From the NCBI GenBank assembly GCA_964188305.1, contig OZ076885.1: DNA of 64,000 nt, one strand, 5' to 3'. The notes beneath the pieces are model-generated. The model made no database searches. It was not told the DNA's origin and saw nothing but the letters and a program-made list of their open reading frames with translations. Positions 47,901 through 58,219 of the stretch are shown here, one piece after another (the stretch's first letter is position 1; every line of letters begins with the position of its first letter). The position numbers were made by a program, and so were the translations under genes. Origin of the DNA: Podarcis bocagei (Eukaryota).

Positions 47901-50900
47901 AGTAGTCCCCAATCTTCAAGATACTGCAATCTGTTTTTGTTATACTCCCTCAAGAATTTTGGTCCAATTGTATGCCACAGAATATTCACATTCCTATCAA
48001 AACTGCTTAGTGCCCAGAGCTACTTCATATGCCACACCACTAAGTCTGCTGCCACTAGGAGTGTAAAGTAGCCCTGTGCCTTATTCTTCATTCCATCAGA
48101 GCAAAGAAATGTTAACCTATAAAATACACCTGGAATCTTGGGCTCTTACCTTCCGTTCCTCTGCTTTGCATACAGGCTGAGGTGGGAGCTCTGATTGTTC
48201 ACCATTCACTGTGGGTAAGATCATGCCTTGGGTAAACTCTGAAAGGTATTAAAATCTCATTATTCCATGCAAAGCATCTAGAAAGAAACCACATTTCATA
48301 ACAATCATAGCTGTAAGAAAGCATCATTAAAGGAAGGCAGGATGTCACAGAAAATGGGATAAGAAAGCTACCACACACTTTGATAAATTTATAACACTGG
48401 AACTTATCAGTTCAGACCTCCAAGAGGATGTACTGAAAGCTATACAAATGCTTTTGAGAGCAAGAAAGAGGGTCAAACAATAATTGCATGATACTATATT
48501 AGAGACATGCAGCCTAAAGTTCGACTGGTAAACTCAGGGCAGGTATATATAATTTTCAGACCACAACTCCAAGTTCTCTAGTGCAGATATGCACTAATGT
48601 GGCCCACAAGGCTCCCCCCCCCCCCAGCGATGTGGTGGCAGTTTCCTTGGTGCTACTTGAGACAAATAATCCATAATAATTACTATCAGCACTGAAATGG
48701 AAAACGGTAATTCTTCACATCCTTGAACGGAGTCTTGCCTCACCAGATTTACTTTGGTAGACAAGCAGAGGATGGAGAAGGTCCTTGAGGTATCACAAGT
48801 CCTAAGCCATTTAGAGCTTTGCAAGTGATAACCAGTACTTTGAACTGCACTCAGGAACACCCTGACAACCAGTGTAGCTGCTACAGTATGGGACTGACAT
48901 TCTCCCCAAACCTGTTACATGTTAGAATTTTAGCAGTAGCATTTTGTACTAGCTGAAGCTTCCAAAGAATCTTCACAGGAAGCCCCACACGGTTTGCTAC
49001 AGTAATCCAGGCAATATGTAACTAAAGCCCTACACACTCACTCTCCACCACTCATGCCAAGGAAAGAGGAGACCAGCCCATTGGTCTCTGGCTGCTTCTG
49101 CCATCATTTCTGCAGCCCACCCACCACCCTCCCCATGTTGGGGGCTGCATGTCTTCAGTGGGGAGCCTGCTCTACTCAAATAAGCTCTCCACAAGATTAA
49201 AAAGCCTGAAAGATCAGGGTGTGAATCATGCAGGGAGCCTACTGAAATAGAATAGGCTCCTTGCTGCAGACATTCAGTCACCAACATGGTGTTAGGGGGA
49301 GTGGTGGGTGCTGCAGAAGGAAACGGTGCCCGGGGATGCAGGAGAGGACAAGGCCAGAACAGGTGAACAGGGGTTAAGATGTATGACAAAGATAGACAAG
49401 TTTATTCTAAGCAAACTATTTCTAACACATTTCGAAACTCCTTCGTCCTCCACAAGAACAGCTTTGACTCGACTATTTCTTTTACCCCTCTGTACTTACC
49501 TGTTTTGAGAGTGCTAATGTAAGTTTCCAAAGCACTGCTGATCTGATTTACACCTTCATGCTTCATCAAAGCTAGCAGGTTGGTGTCTGGCTCATCTTTG
49601 GCAAGACTAACGCTGATCTGAGAAGAAAAGGGGGGGGGGGATTCATACGGTTCCAACAGGACAAATCTGTTTTCACTGCACATACTCCTCCACCCTGTAC
49701 TGCATACATGAAATTATTTTTACTTAAAAGACGGTAGCTGTTTGTGGATTTGAATGGTAGAAATCAGATATGAACTTATGGGGCTTAAAAATAATAAAAA
49801 GATGAAGAGAGATAAAACTTGGGACTACTCGGATATCTGATCCCTCTTCAACGAAGCAGAAACCAGGAAAATAATCTGTAACTGTGTTCTTACCTCAATT
49901 TCATCAACATCATTTTCATCCGACAGATTGGGAATCTCCACATATCCCTTATACTTCACACCTGTATTTGAAATGCCTGTGAAAAGCAATATACTGAATG
50001 AATTGCTCAATTTCGCTTTCTAACAGCAACTTCTGACATGTTCTGGCATTCTAGAAAAGTCTCTAAATTTCCTTTCTCTCTTCCCTTGGAGAAGGGGGTT
50101 ATTATCTGCTTCCTAACTATTTGAAAAGACTGTAGAAATTCTGCTTTTTGACAATTCAACCTCCAGAACTCTACAACAAGATCACATTACGTAGCTAAAA
50201 ACAAAGCAGGAAAACTCACCTGTCCAAGCCAGCTTGATATTCCACTCGTAAAAGAAAATCAGCTTTCCTTTGCGGTTATTGATTGAGGCTTCTCCATCCA
50301 ATTTACTCACTTCTGTCACTTCACAAGTTCCCTCTGCATTCTCTGCTCTAATAGCCAGAAGCAAACTTTTCAGTTTCTCTGAAGACCAGTTAGATGCATC
50401 TCTTTCAGTCCTAAGAAAAGAACAAAATTCTCAAAATGTAAAAAGGCAGTAATGAACAGCTGGTGCTTTTCAATGCTCCAGTGTTGCAAAGTTAGTTTTC
50501 AATGCATTGATTACACCCCCTTTGTCCCATTCCCTGGAAACACATGGTATCTGGCTATATATCTTGAAAAGTTACACTTCCAAAACTGACTTCTTTTAGG
50601 GACACATGGAAGAGGGTAACCAAGGGTTTGGACTAACCACTCTGTATACCTCTACACCAGCGGTGGTGAACTGGATTTGGCCAGTGGGTCAGATTGCTAT
50701 CTTTCCCACCTCTAGTGGGCTAAGATTGACAGGTGGGCAGAACCACAAACTTGTCGATCACTTGACATCAGATTACCTTTTCTGCTTGCAAGGGTCTTTG
50801 CATATCACTTCACAAGACAGCACTTTGAAAGGGGCTTCTCATGACCCGCCAATTGCTGAGGCTTGCTAAAACCCTTTCAAAGCACTGCACAATATAGTGC

Positions 50901-53900
50901 TTTGAAAGGAGCTTCTGAAGTGCTGTCTATCTGAAGCACTTCACACTGAACTTTTCAGTTGCTAACAAACTCCCTTTTGGCTAAGCCAGGTTTCTACCTG
51001 CTCCACACCTGATGTCATATGATGTTAGGTGTAGGGCAGTTGGGCATAGCTAGGACAAAATAACCTTTTTACTTAATTCCCACCACTCAGCAATTAACCA
51101 ATTATGTCCAATATACATCTATATACATCTATAAAGGAGGGCTCCAACCATGACTAAGAACCCATACCACCTATTTAACTTTGGCTGATCAATTTCCTCA
51201 GCCCCATTCTGAATCTGTTACTTTACTTCAGCAGGATTATGAACCAGGAACAGCTAGACAACATAAGAGTTAGATCCACTGGGAGGAATTCAACGTCACC
51301 CTCTTCTGGTTGTTCCATTAGTGCAAGCATTCCTGCTTGCCAGACAGAGCAATCCCCCCTCTCCTTCCCCCATGCACTGTTCTTGGGGTTCTCCAGAATG
51401 GACTGGGTGTGTGTGCAGGGGGGGGGGCAAGGCCTCACTATACTAGCAAGAGCTCTGCTGGTGCACAGGGCTAGCTGAATCCAGGCCACTTTAATTAATG
51501 TGCATGAATAACTAAGTGCACTAATTTCAAAGTATAACTTAGTTATCCAGTCCTATGCTTCTAATACAATAGGATGGCTCAAGCTTGAGATATACAAGCC
51601 CCAAAACTTCCTTCTTAACTCTTAACTTCCTAGCTGTGGTGCAAGCAAAGCATATTGTGGAAGCTCTCACTACTGTCTAGTAAATTTCAGGCATGGCCAA
51701 ACTTGGCTCTCCAGCTGTTTTGGGACTACAATTCCCATCATCCCTGACCACTGGCCCTGTTAGCTAGGGATGATGCAAGTTGTAGTTCCAAAACAGCTGG
51801 AGGGCCAAGTTTGGCCATGCCTGCGTCTAGTTAGACGCAGATACAATTCCAAGGTCAAATCACTGTTGCTGTGGAACCTACCTTTTAATTTCATTTAAAA
51901 ATTATATTTTTTGGTAAAACAATCTGGCAACATGAGAATGGCATCATACACACGCTTAATGAGTAGTCCAATCCCAGCAGGTTCCTATATTTCAATGAAA
52001 GAACAGGATGTACAGTTCTAGCCAACCCACAGGATTATCTTGAACCACTAGGTGGATGGACGGAGTGAACTCACAAACAGCTGAGATCATAGCTGTTAAT
52101 CTACCCAGGAGAAGTAACTTGTAACATGACAGAAACAGATTATACAAACAGATTTCCCCTTTCCTTAAAATACAAGAGCTAAATTCCAATACATCAGGCT
52201 TCTGCTTTGAAAACCAATCTAGACAAAATGTTTCTGTAGAATCTGCATGTAAAAACAAAGAGTGCTTCATAAGTTGAAGATGGCTATGTGTTTCACAGCT
52301 GCTTGAGTGTTGCTGCATTAGCATTACATACCCTTGGAAACTACAGCTTGCTCACCACTGCAGAATGAGCTGCTGGCTCACTTCATACTGCCTATGTCAC
52401 TGGGTTTTTTTCTTTTTGGCTCCGCACCCCCCCCCCCCAAGGTTGGGGCAGGAGGACAGAAGAAACTGCTGCTAACTGGAGAGCTCTCCATGGTTCTAGA
52501 GAAGTACACACACCTTCCTCGGATATGAATTAACCATGATGCTCAAAGAGACAGGGCATATCTCCCCTGTGGTTTAATTTAACTGGCAAGTTCCCAGAGC
52601 AGGGAACCTACAGTATTTATCCTTCCTCCTTTAAAGTCTCCTGCAGCTGAAAAAATAGCTGCTCACTCATCACAAATTAAGAGCATGGTGATCATGTTTC
52701 TAGTTGTCTAAAGATGCAGAAGAGCCTGGATTTAATAAGGAGCAAAACTGATTGGACTGAAAATCTCAGGAACAGGATAGACTTGGTAGATATAGTCACA
52801 AAAGGGTAGGACTGGACTTCTTTATACTAATCCTGAAAGCCGGGGGTTGCTACTAGGGATGGAAGAAGATACCGTTTTCTGTTCCACCCTGTATTTATCA
52901 CATGCAGCATTTTCTCCATTCTGCTGCAGTTCATCTTCTGCCAAAACTTGCATTATTTGTCTCACTGTGCACTGTGGTAAAATTATGTAACTTGCGTATT
53001 ATAATTACACTGTTGTTACTTTATCCCACCCCATTCATTTTTATGCAAAGGAAACACAATGCAAATGTGGGGTGGTGGTGGCATAATCGATTACATACAA
53101 TTTGCAGATAGAAAGCAACAGCAAACACTGGTCATATTTGCCAGATTGATATCCATTACAGACATGAGACAAATAAGCAAACACTAGCAACTTCTACTTG
53201 GGTTTCATCAGAGGTCTCCAGCATCCTTAAGCGGCTGTTCACCAGAGTCCATACCATAATAAATCAAGGTGTAAAGTGCCATTGGTACTTGGTCTTTGCA
53301 CTGCTGGCAAAATGCCATATTTACACAAGCCACACTGTGCACAGCAGCTACTTGAAAATATTGTGCATAGTTCACTCCTTGCCCAGGTCAGTAAGTGTGG
53401 TGGCAATCGCATGAAAAGATTTTCAATAAGAAACAAAAAATAAAATGCTATACATAATAGCAGATGTACATGACCAAGTGACAATATGAAGGCATCCTAC
53501 ATCTGCAGGTTTTTCTGGTTCATTTCTATTGGACTAGAAAAATGACTTTATTACAGCAGCACACAAAAATTATTCTAGTTCATATAATAATAATAATTTA
53601 TTATTTATACCCCGCCCATTTGGCTGGGTTTCCCTAGCACTCTGTCTCCCATAGTGACTACTGAAAAGCTTACATACATGATGTGAGAGCAACAGCCACC
53701 CTCTCTGCTATCAGTGTCCTGCACTCAGGAATATTACTTCTGTGTTTTGAAGCTCCATTTATATGAAAATTGTTGTCAAATCATCCATGAATTTGTATGT
53801 GGCAGAATTGCTAGTTTGCTTAAGACAACTTGCTTCACCATTTTTCAAATTAAGACTGATTCCTATCTTGTCATCATTAATTCCACATTAAGGAAGCAAT

Positions 53901-54845
53901 GAATGAAATCCTCCCCCATTCTCAAAATGCTCCTGGAACAGTTTCCCTGGGTACCACCACTTCCTGTCTACCCACTTTCTCCAAAACTACCACACCGCAA
54001 ATCAGTGTGAAAAGCAATCAGATACAGCAACCCAGCTAAACAAAAAGCATGGCTTTGCATGTCAGAAACACAGTAAGCACAAACACACCATTAAAAATGA
54101 CAAGGCGCTTCCTATTCTGGAGAGTGCTCATGCAGCACCAGATTATGATACAGGTGGAGGGGCTGCCTCCCTGTTGAAAACTACTTTTATTCAGCAGGCA
54201 CTCGCTGGCTTTGCCAAATGCTGCACCTGGCCAATAGAAAAGACTGCCAACGTTTTTGTTTGCTTTAACCAGTCCCCAGCTCCCATGCACTTCAGCGCAG
54301 CTTGATCTGAAAGTAGCTAGCGATCATATTTCTTTTTCCATGCCAAAAAGCACCCAAACTCTCACTAGCTGCCCTTCTACAGATCCAGCTGTTTGGTTTT
54401 TTTTAAGGAGGTTAAACCAGGCCAGGGAGGTTTCTCTGTCTCCCCTCGCCCCTGTAATCTTTTACCACACTTATTTGAGAGTAAGGTCCACCGAACCCGA
54501 AGGGAAGTGACTCCGGCGCGAACACGCATAAGCGGTGGAGAATCTCGTGCGAAGGGGTCAGAGGCAAGAGACAGGGAGAGAGAAGCAGACACGCGTCCCC
54601 GCAACCGCGGGGGCGTGGGTGGTTGTGGGTGTGGCGGTGGCAGCACGGCCGCCCTTATTCCCCCAAAGCCCTCAGGGGAAGAGCTGCATCCCCCCCCCCC
54701 AAACACGAGCCACTTCTCCTCCGCCCCCCCCAGCCCCCGCTGCCTTCCCGGCCCCCCTCGCCCACCAGTGCCAGTTGTTGACGTTGGTGGCATCCGCGCG
54801 CTGCTCCACAATCCAGCGCGGATCTCCCTCTCCCCACTTGGCCAT
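44788..54845 (-). CDS. AHSA1: Activator of HSP90 ATPase 1, complete model complement(join(44788..44960,45368..45419,46495..46596,47127..47261,48150..48238,49500..49617,49894..49976,50220..50410,54766..54845)); 1023 nt, 340 aa
   Basis: MAKWGEGDPRWIVEQRADATNVNNWHW (NxNNWHW motif), NNRKGKLIFFYEW (RKxK motif) and C-terminal GWQRYYFEGIKQTFGYGARLF. All introns GT-AG with consistent phases. Confidence 0.95.
45368..45419 (-). CDS. AHSA1: AHSA1 exon 8
   Basis: VPEKQIAMKWRFKTWPE; ag/gt boundaries. Confidence 0.9.
46495..46596 (-). CDS. AHSA1: AHSA1 exon 7
   Basis: MVQAFTHSPAFLEADKGGKFQLLDGSVTGEFTEL; ag/gt boundaries. Confidence 0.95.
47127..47261 (-). CDS. AHSA1: AHSA1 exon 6
   Basis: TTEPVAGNALKSKSVGVKIPTCKINLKDVFLTSPDELYRVFITQE; ag/gt boundaries. 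Confidence 0.9.
47620..47760 (-). mobile_element. Old L2 fragment
   Basis: Translation VASHLWNAFPAEACLASTLWTFSYQVKIFLF resembles the L2 ORF2 C-terminus. Confidence 0.5.
48150..48238 (-). CDS. AHSA1: AHSA1 exon 5
   Basis: EFTQGMILPTVNGEQSELPPQPVCKAEERK; ag/gt boundaries. Confidence 0.9.
48770..49030 (-). mobile_element. Old L2 ORF2 fragment
   Basis: Degenerate ALVT..LDYC..GLP...WKLQLVQNA...QLHWL signature on the minus strand. Confidence 0.55.
49500..49617 (-). CDS. AHSA1: AHSA1 exon 4
   Basis: ISVSLAKDEPDTNLLALMKHEGVNQISSALETYISTLKT; ag/gt boundaries. Confidence 0.95.
49894..49976 (-). CDS. AHSA1: AHSA1 exon 3
   Basis: ISNTGVKYKGYVEIPNLSDENDVDEIE; ag/gt boundaries. Confidence 0.95.
50220..50410 (-). 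CDS. AHSA1: AHSA1 exon 2
   Basis: TERDASNWSSEKLKSLLLAIRAENAEGTCEVTEVSKLDGEASINNRKGKLIFFYEWNIKLAWT; ag/gt boundaries. Confidence 0.95.
51688..51823. mobile_element. Hairpin hAT MITE
   Basis: CAGGCATGGCCAAACTTGGC / GCCAAGTTTGGCCATGCCTG perfect 20-bp TIR and largely palindromic throughout; no clear TSD. Confidence 0.8.
54766..54845 (-). CDS. AHSA1: AHSA1 coding exon 1
   Basis: MAKWGEGDPRWIVEQRADATNVNNWH(W); donor TG|gtgggc. Confidence 0.95.
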
Positions 54846-54944
54846 CAGCGCCTCGCCGAAGGACTCGCCGCTTCTGCCTTTGCCCGGCTGGCTGGCTGGC
54901 TGGCTGGCTGGCGAGCGCCCGTCGCCCTCGCTCTCTCGCCGCGC

Positions 54945-54964
54945 GTCTGGAAGCTACTAGAAGC
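54945..54964. promoter_or_regulatory. Heat-shock element upstream of the AHSA1 start codon
   Basis: The minus strand reads gcTTCtaGTAgcTTCcaGAC, alternating nTTCn/nGAAn units. AHSA1 is an HSF1-inducible co-chaperone gene. Confidence 0.6.
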
Positions 54965-55421
54965 GCCGCCGGCAGCCGCGCCGCCTCCCAGCTTCCGGCA
55001 GCCGCCGGAGAGCTTCCTTCCGTTGCCCCCCCCCCGCCGCCGCTCCTTACTCCCCCAGTACCATAGAGGTGGAGCTCTATAAGCGTGATCCAGAGACACG
55101 CGCAGCCTGGGCAGGGGAGGAAACTGACATGAACACCCGAGGGAAGGGGGAGGCACGTTATTGGGACAGAGTGCATAGACGTGAATACAGAGTCTATATG
55201 TTGCCTGCCTCGCTTCTGGGTGCAAAGGTGACAGCTCCCTGTGGGAAATCCAGGATTTGAAGCGGCCGAGTGTCCACCAGAAACAAAAGAGCCTCTCGAC
55301 AGGCTCTTTCCTACTCAGACCTGTTTTCGCGTGGGAATTAAAGACTTGAAGCCGCATCTACGCCGTCTAAGTGAGGGTTGGGGCTGGGGGGGTCTAGAAT
55401 TTCCTAATCTCTGCTGGGAAG

Positions 55422-55511
55422 CATAGCTGTCAACGTTTCCCTTTTTTAAAGGGAAATTCCTTTATTCCGAATAGGATTCCTCGCAAGAAAAGGGGAAAGT
55501 TGGCAGCTATG
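55422..55511. mobile_element. 90-bp hAT MITE
   Basis: TIR CATAGCTGTCAAC / GTTGGCAGCTATG (12/13); perfect 8-bp TSD CTGGGAAG at 55414-55421 and 55512-55519. Confidence 0.85.
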
Positions 55512-58126
55512 CTGGGAAGTGTCGCTCTATTTTTGGAGAAAATCCAGCTTCCTTTAACTGAAAGGGAGGAAGTTCACCGCGGAAGTGAAGGACTGCGGTG
55601 GTGTGTAACTCTTCGTTTTAATCTCTGCAACTCAGCCTGTGAGGCACGTAAAGGCCTCGAGAGACAGAGGTTCGGACTGGCCTCCCACTGCCATGTCGAC
55701 GTTCCTTGGCGTGTTTCACCTTGGAGATGCCAAGAGTTAGGGAGACGCCGCCTGTCAGCCTGCCTCCATTCATCCCTAACGCTGGAGTTCTTTGGACTAC
55801 AACTCCCGTCATCCTTGGCTGGGGCTGATGGGAGTTGCAGTCCAAAACCACTGAGGGGGTGGGGCAAAGGTTTCCCGCCACGGCGCTGCGGCGTTCCGTC
55901 CAAAGCTCATCAATGCCCGGGCTGTGTGCGTAGGCGTAACATTTGCGCGCCACTCTAACCTTTCCTTACCTCTGTGGCTCCTCCCTGCTTCTGGTTGCCG
56001 CTTGTCTGGGCCCGGAGCCCTTTCACTCCCAAAGCCTAACGAAGCAGCACAGCCCTTTTCAAAAGAAGCGGCGCGTAAACGGAGGAGTTTTGCCTCCGCC
56101 CATGACCCGTAGTGACAGAAGCGGAGCGGGGGAGGAAGGAGAGCGAGAAAGGCTCGGCGCTGAGGGCAGCCCGGCTTCCTGCCTGGGAAGCGCAGCACAG
56201 CCTCTCCCGATGTAAAGCGCCGGCCTGAGAAACGCCGCCGCGCCGCGCTCTGTAGTCGAAATCGATGGCTGGGGAAGCAGCTGGAAAACTACCTCTCCCG
56301 TGATGCTTTTCGAAAGCAACCGCCTTTCTCTTTCCCTGCCTGAGGAGCCGAGGAACGCGGCCCGCAGAAGGGCGCAGGCCACAGCGCCGAGCATGGACGG
56401 GGGACCTGCGTGGTGCTGATTGGATCCCTGACCGGCTGGTCGTCGCTCCCCGTCCTGGCGGCCCTGCTCCTCCGAGGGTAGGCGGCTGTCTTCTCCCTCC
56501 GTCGCGGGAACGGGGTCTCCGGCGCTTCCTCTGGCGTGGGGCTTTCTGAGCGAGGAGGCGCAAGACCGTGTCCTGAGGCAAGTCATCGGGTGGAGATGCA
56601 CCGGGCTCCTGCTTTCTGCCTCGCCCCTTCCTGGCACTTGGGCTTGGCCAGAAGAGGTCCCAGCCGATTATCTCATGCCCACCCCCCGCCAGCAACATTG
56701 GCCGCTGCTGTTTATACGGAGTCATGAAGATGGACATCGGGATCTTCCGCCCCTGGGGACGCTGCTGCCTGAGGCAGTCGCCTCACCTTGCTTCATGGGT
56801 GTCCCGTCCCAGCCCTGGTCCCCCGTGTTGCCTGCTGCTGCCTTACATTCTAGCATAGGCGCCTCTCTCTAACCTTTCTCTCTCTCTCTCTCTCCCCCTC
56901 TCTAATGAGATCGTAGTCTAATATAGGCAGAGAGGCAAGTAATGGAGGAGACGCAATGAGAAGAAAGGTTGGGTGGAATGGACTTGCATGTTTCTTAAAG
57001 TCATGTTGCAGTGGAAACTTATGGGGAAGATGGGGCTACTGCCCCCCCCCCCGCTGTGGAGGCCAATCCACCCAGTGCCAATGGGGCAGTGCCCCAGCAG
57101 CATCAGTCCGGCCTTAAGACAGCTGCCAGCCTATTTGCCTTCTTGCTTATATTCAGTCCAGGGAGTGGCGCTTCCTGTCAGCTTCTCCTCCTCATAGAAC
57201 TGAGCAAGGAAGAGCAGGAAGGAGATGAAACTAGAATGGGATGGCTCTACCTCACACTGATCTTAGCGTGACCTGCTGTTGGCCTCCTTGTCTTCTGCCT
57301 TGCCAGCTGCAATGGGCACCATTCACCACTCTCTCTCCCACTAAGTGGTGGGAAGTTAAGGCCAAATATCACAAATGCAGATTTGCTTGCAGATTTGTTC
57401 TGGCAGCAGGTGTAGGATTGCCTCCTGTGTCATTTCGAGTGGCGTGTTTTTAAACATGCCGTATTGGTCAGATCGATCAGTTGCTCAGTGAAAGACAATA
57501 AGCTTCAGAGTGAGCCAGTAAAAATAGATCAGCTATACCTTGAAGCTGTACTGATTTCTAGCCATCCTTGAATTTAGAGCTATTGTATGCAAATATTTGA
57601 TTCAGGATTATTAAACTGTGGCATCAAGAAAACAAGTGTAGTGTCTCTGAGGTTACTCTTGATGTCAATTTTGGCCACACTTCTATGGCTGGTAAATCTG
57701 CTTTGCTTTACTTAAAATTAACAGCACAGAGGAGCACTTTTCAAGACACTTCCTAGGCAAAGTGCCACTGAGAACTTAACCAGACTTTAAAAAATAAGCC
57801 TATAATTGAGCTGGTACCGCCATTTCACAGTCTTTGGTTTTCCTTATCTGTTTGCTACATCCTAAATTTATTTTGCATATTCCCTGATGGTCAATGCATT
57901 TTTGCAAAAATAAAACACGACCTACGGTGTGGGTCTCTTTCTGAGGAGCTTGAACAAATGCAGTTGTATTGTAGGACTTGGCTGTAGACAAGGAATTATG
58001 TGATGTGCTCTGGGTGGAAACTGGAAGCATGTAGATATGGGTCATGGATAGTGAGGTGGTCAGGGATTATTTCTTAATGAACTAAAGGTAATATATATGC
58101 AGTAAAGAAAAAAGTCTTATTTTCAG

Positions 58127-58219
58127 ATGAACAGAATAAAGGTTGATGAGGAAGAATACTGGCACAGTTCCAAGTGTAAAGCATTTACGTTTGATGATGA
58201 AGATGATGAGCTTTTTCAG
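58127..58219 (+). CDS. VIPAS39: VIPAS39 first coding exon
   Basis: ttttcag|ATG...CAG|gtacag. Confidence 0.9.

Larger units (their letters stand above)
54480..56800. promoter_or_regulatory. CpG island / head-to-head promoter region of AHSA1 and VIPAS39
   Basis: High CpG density. ETS-type GGAAG motifs (gcttccgg ~54991, gcggaagtg ~55579), inverted CCAAT (gattgg ~56418) and a candidate VIPAS39 non-coding exon donor AGG|gtaggc at 56478. Confidence 0.75.

Noticed and set aside
50030-50065. HSE-like ttctagaa in AHSA1 intron 2
   Set aside because: Only two good pentamers, which is expected by chance.
44961-54765. Intronic snoRNAs in AHSA1
   Set aside because: I looked for C/D and H/ACA architectures by eye and found none I could support; an Infernal/Rfam scan would be needed.
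56210-56215. ATG-TAA start-stop uORF in the putative VIPAS39 leader
   Set aside because: The TSS and first exon are not established, so its presence in the mRNA cannot be supported.
54393-56872. ORFs of 140-233 aa around the AHSA1/VIPAS39 promoter
   Set aside because: Same CpG-island artefact; only 54766-54845 is real coding sequence (AHSA1 exon 1).
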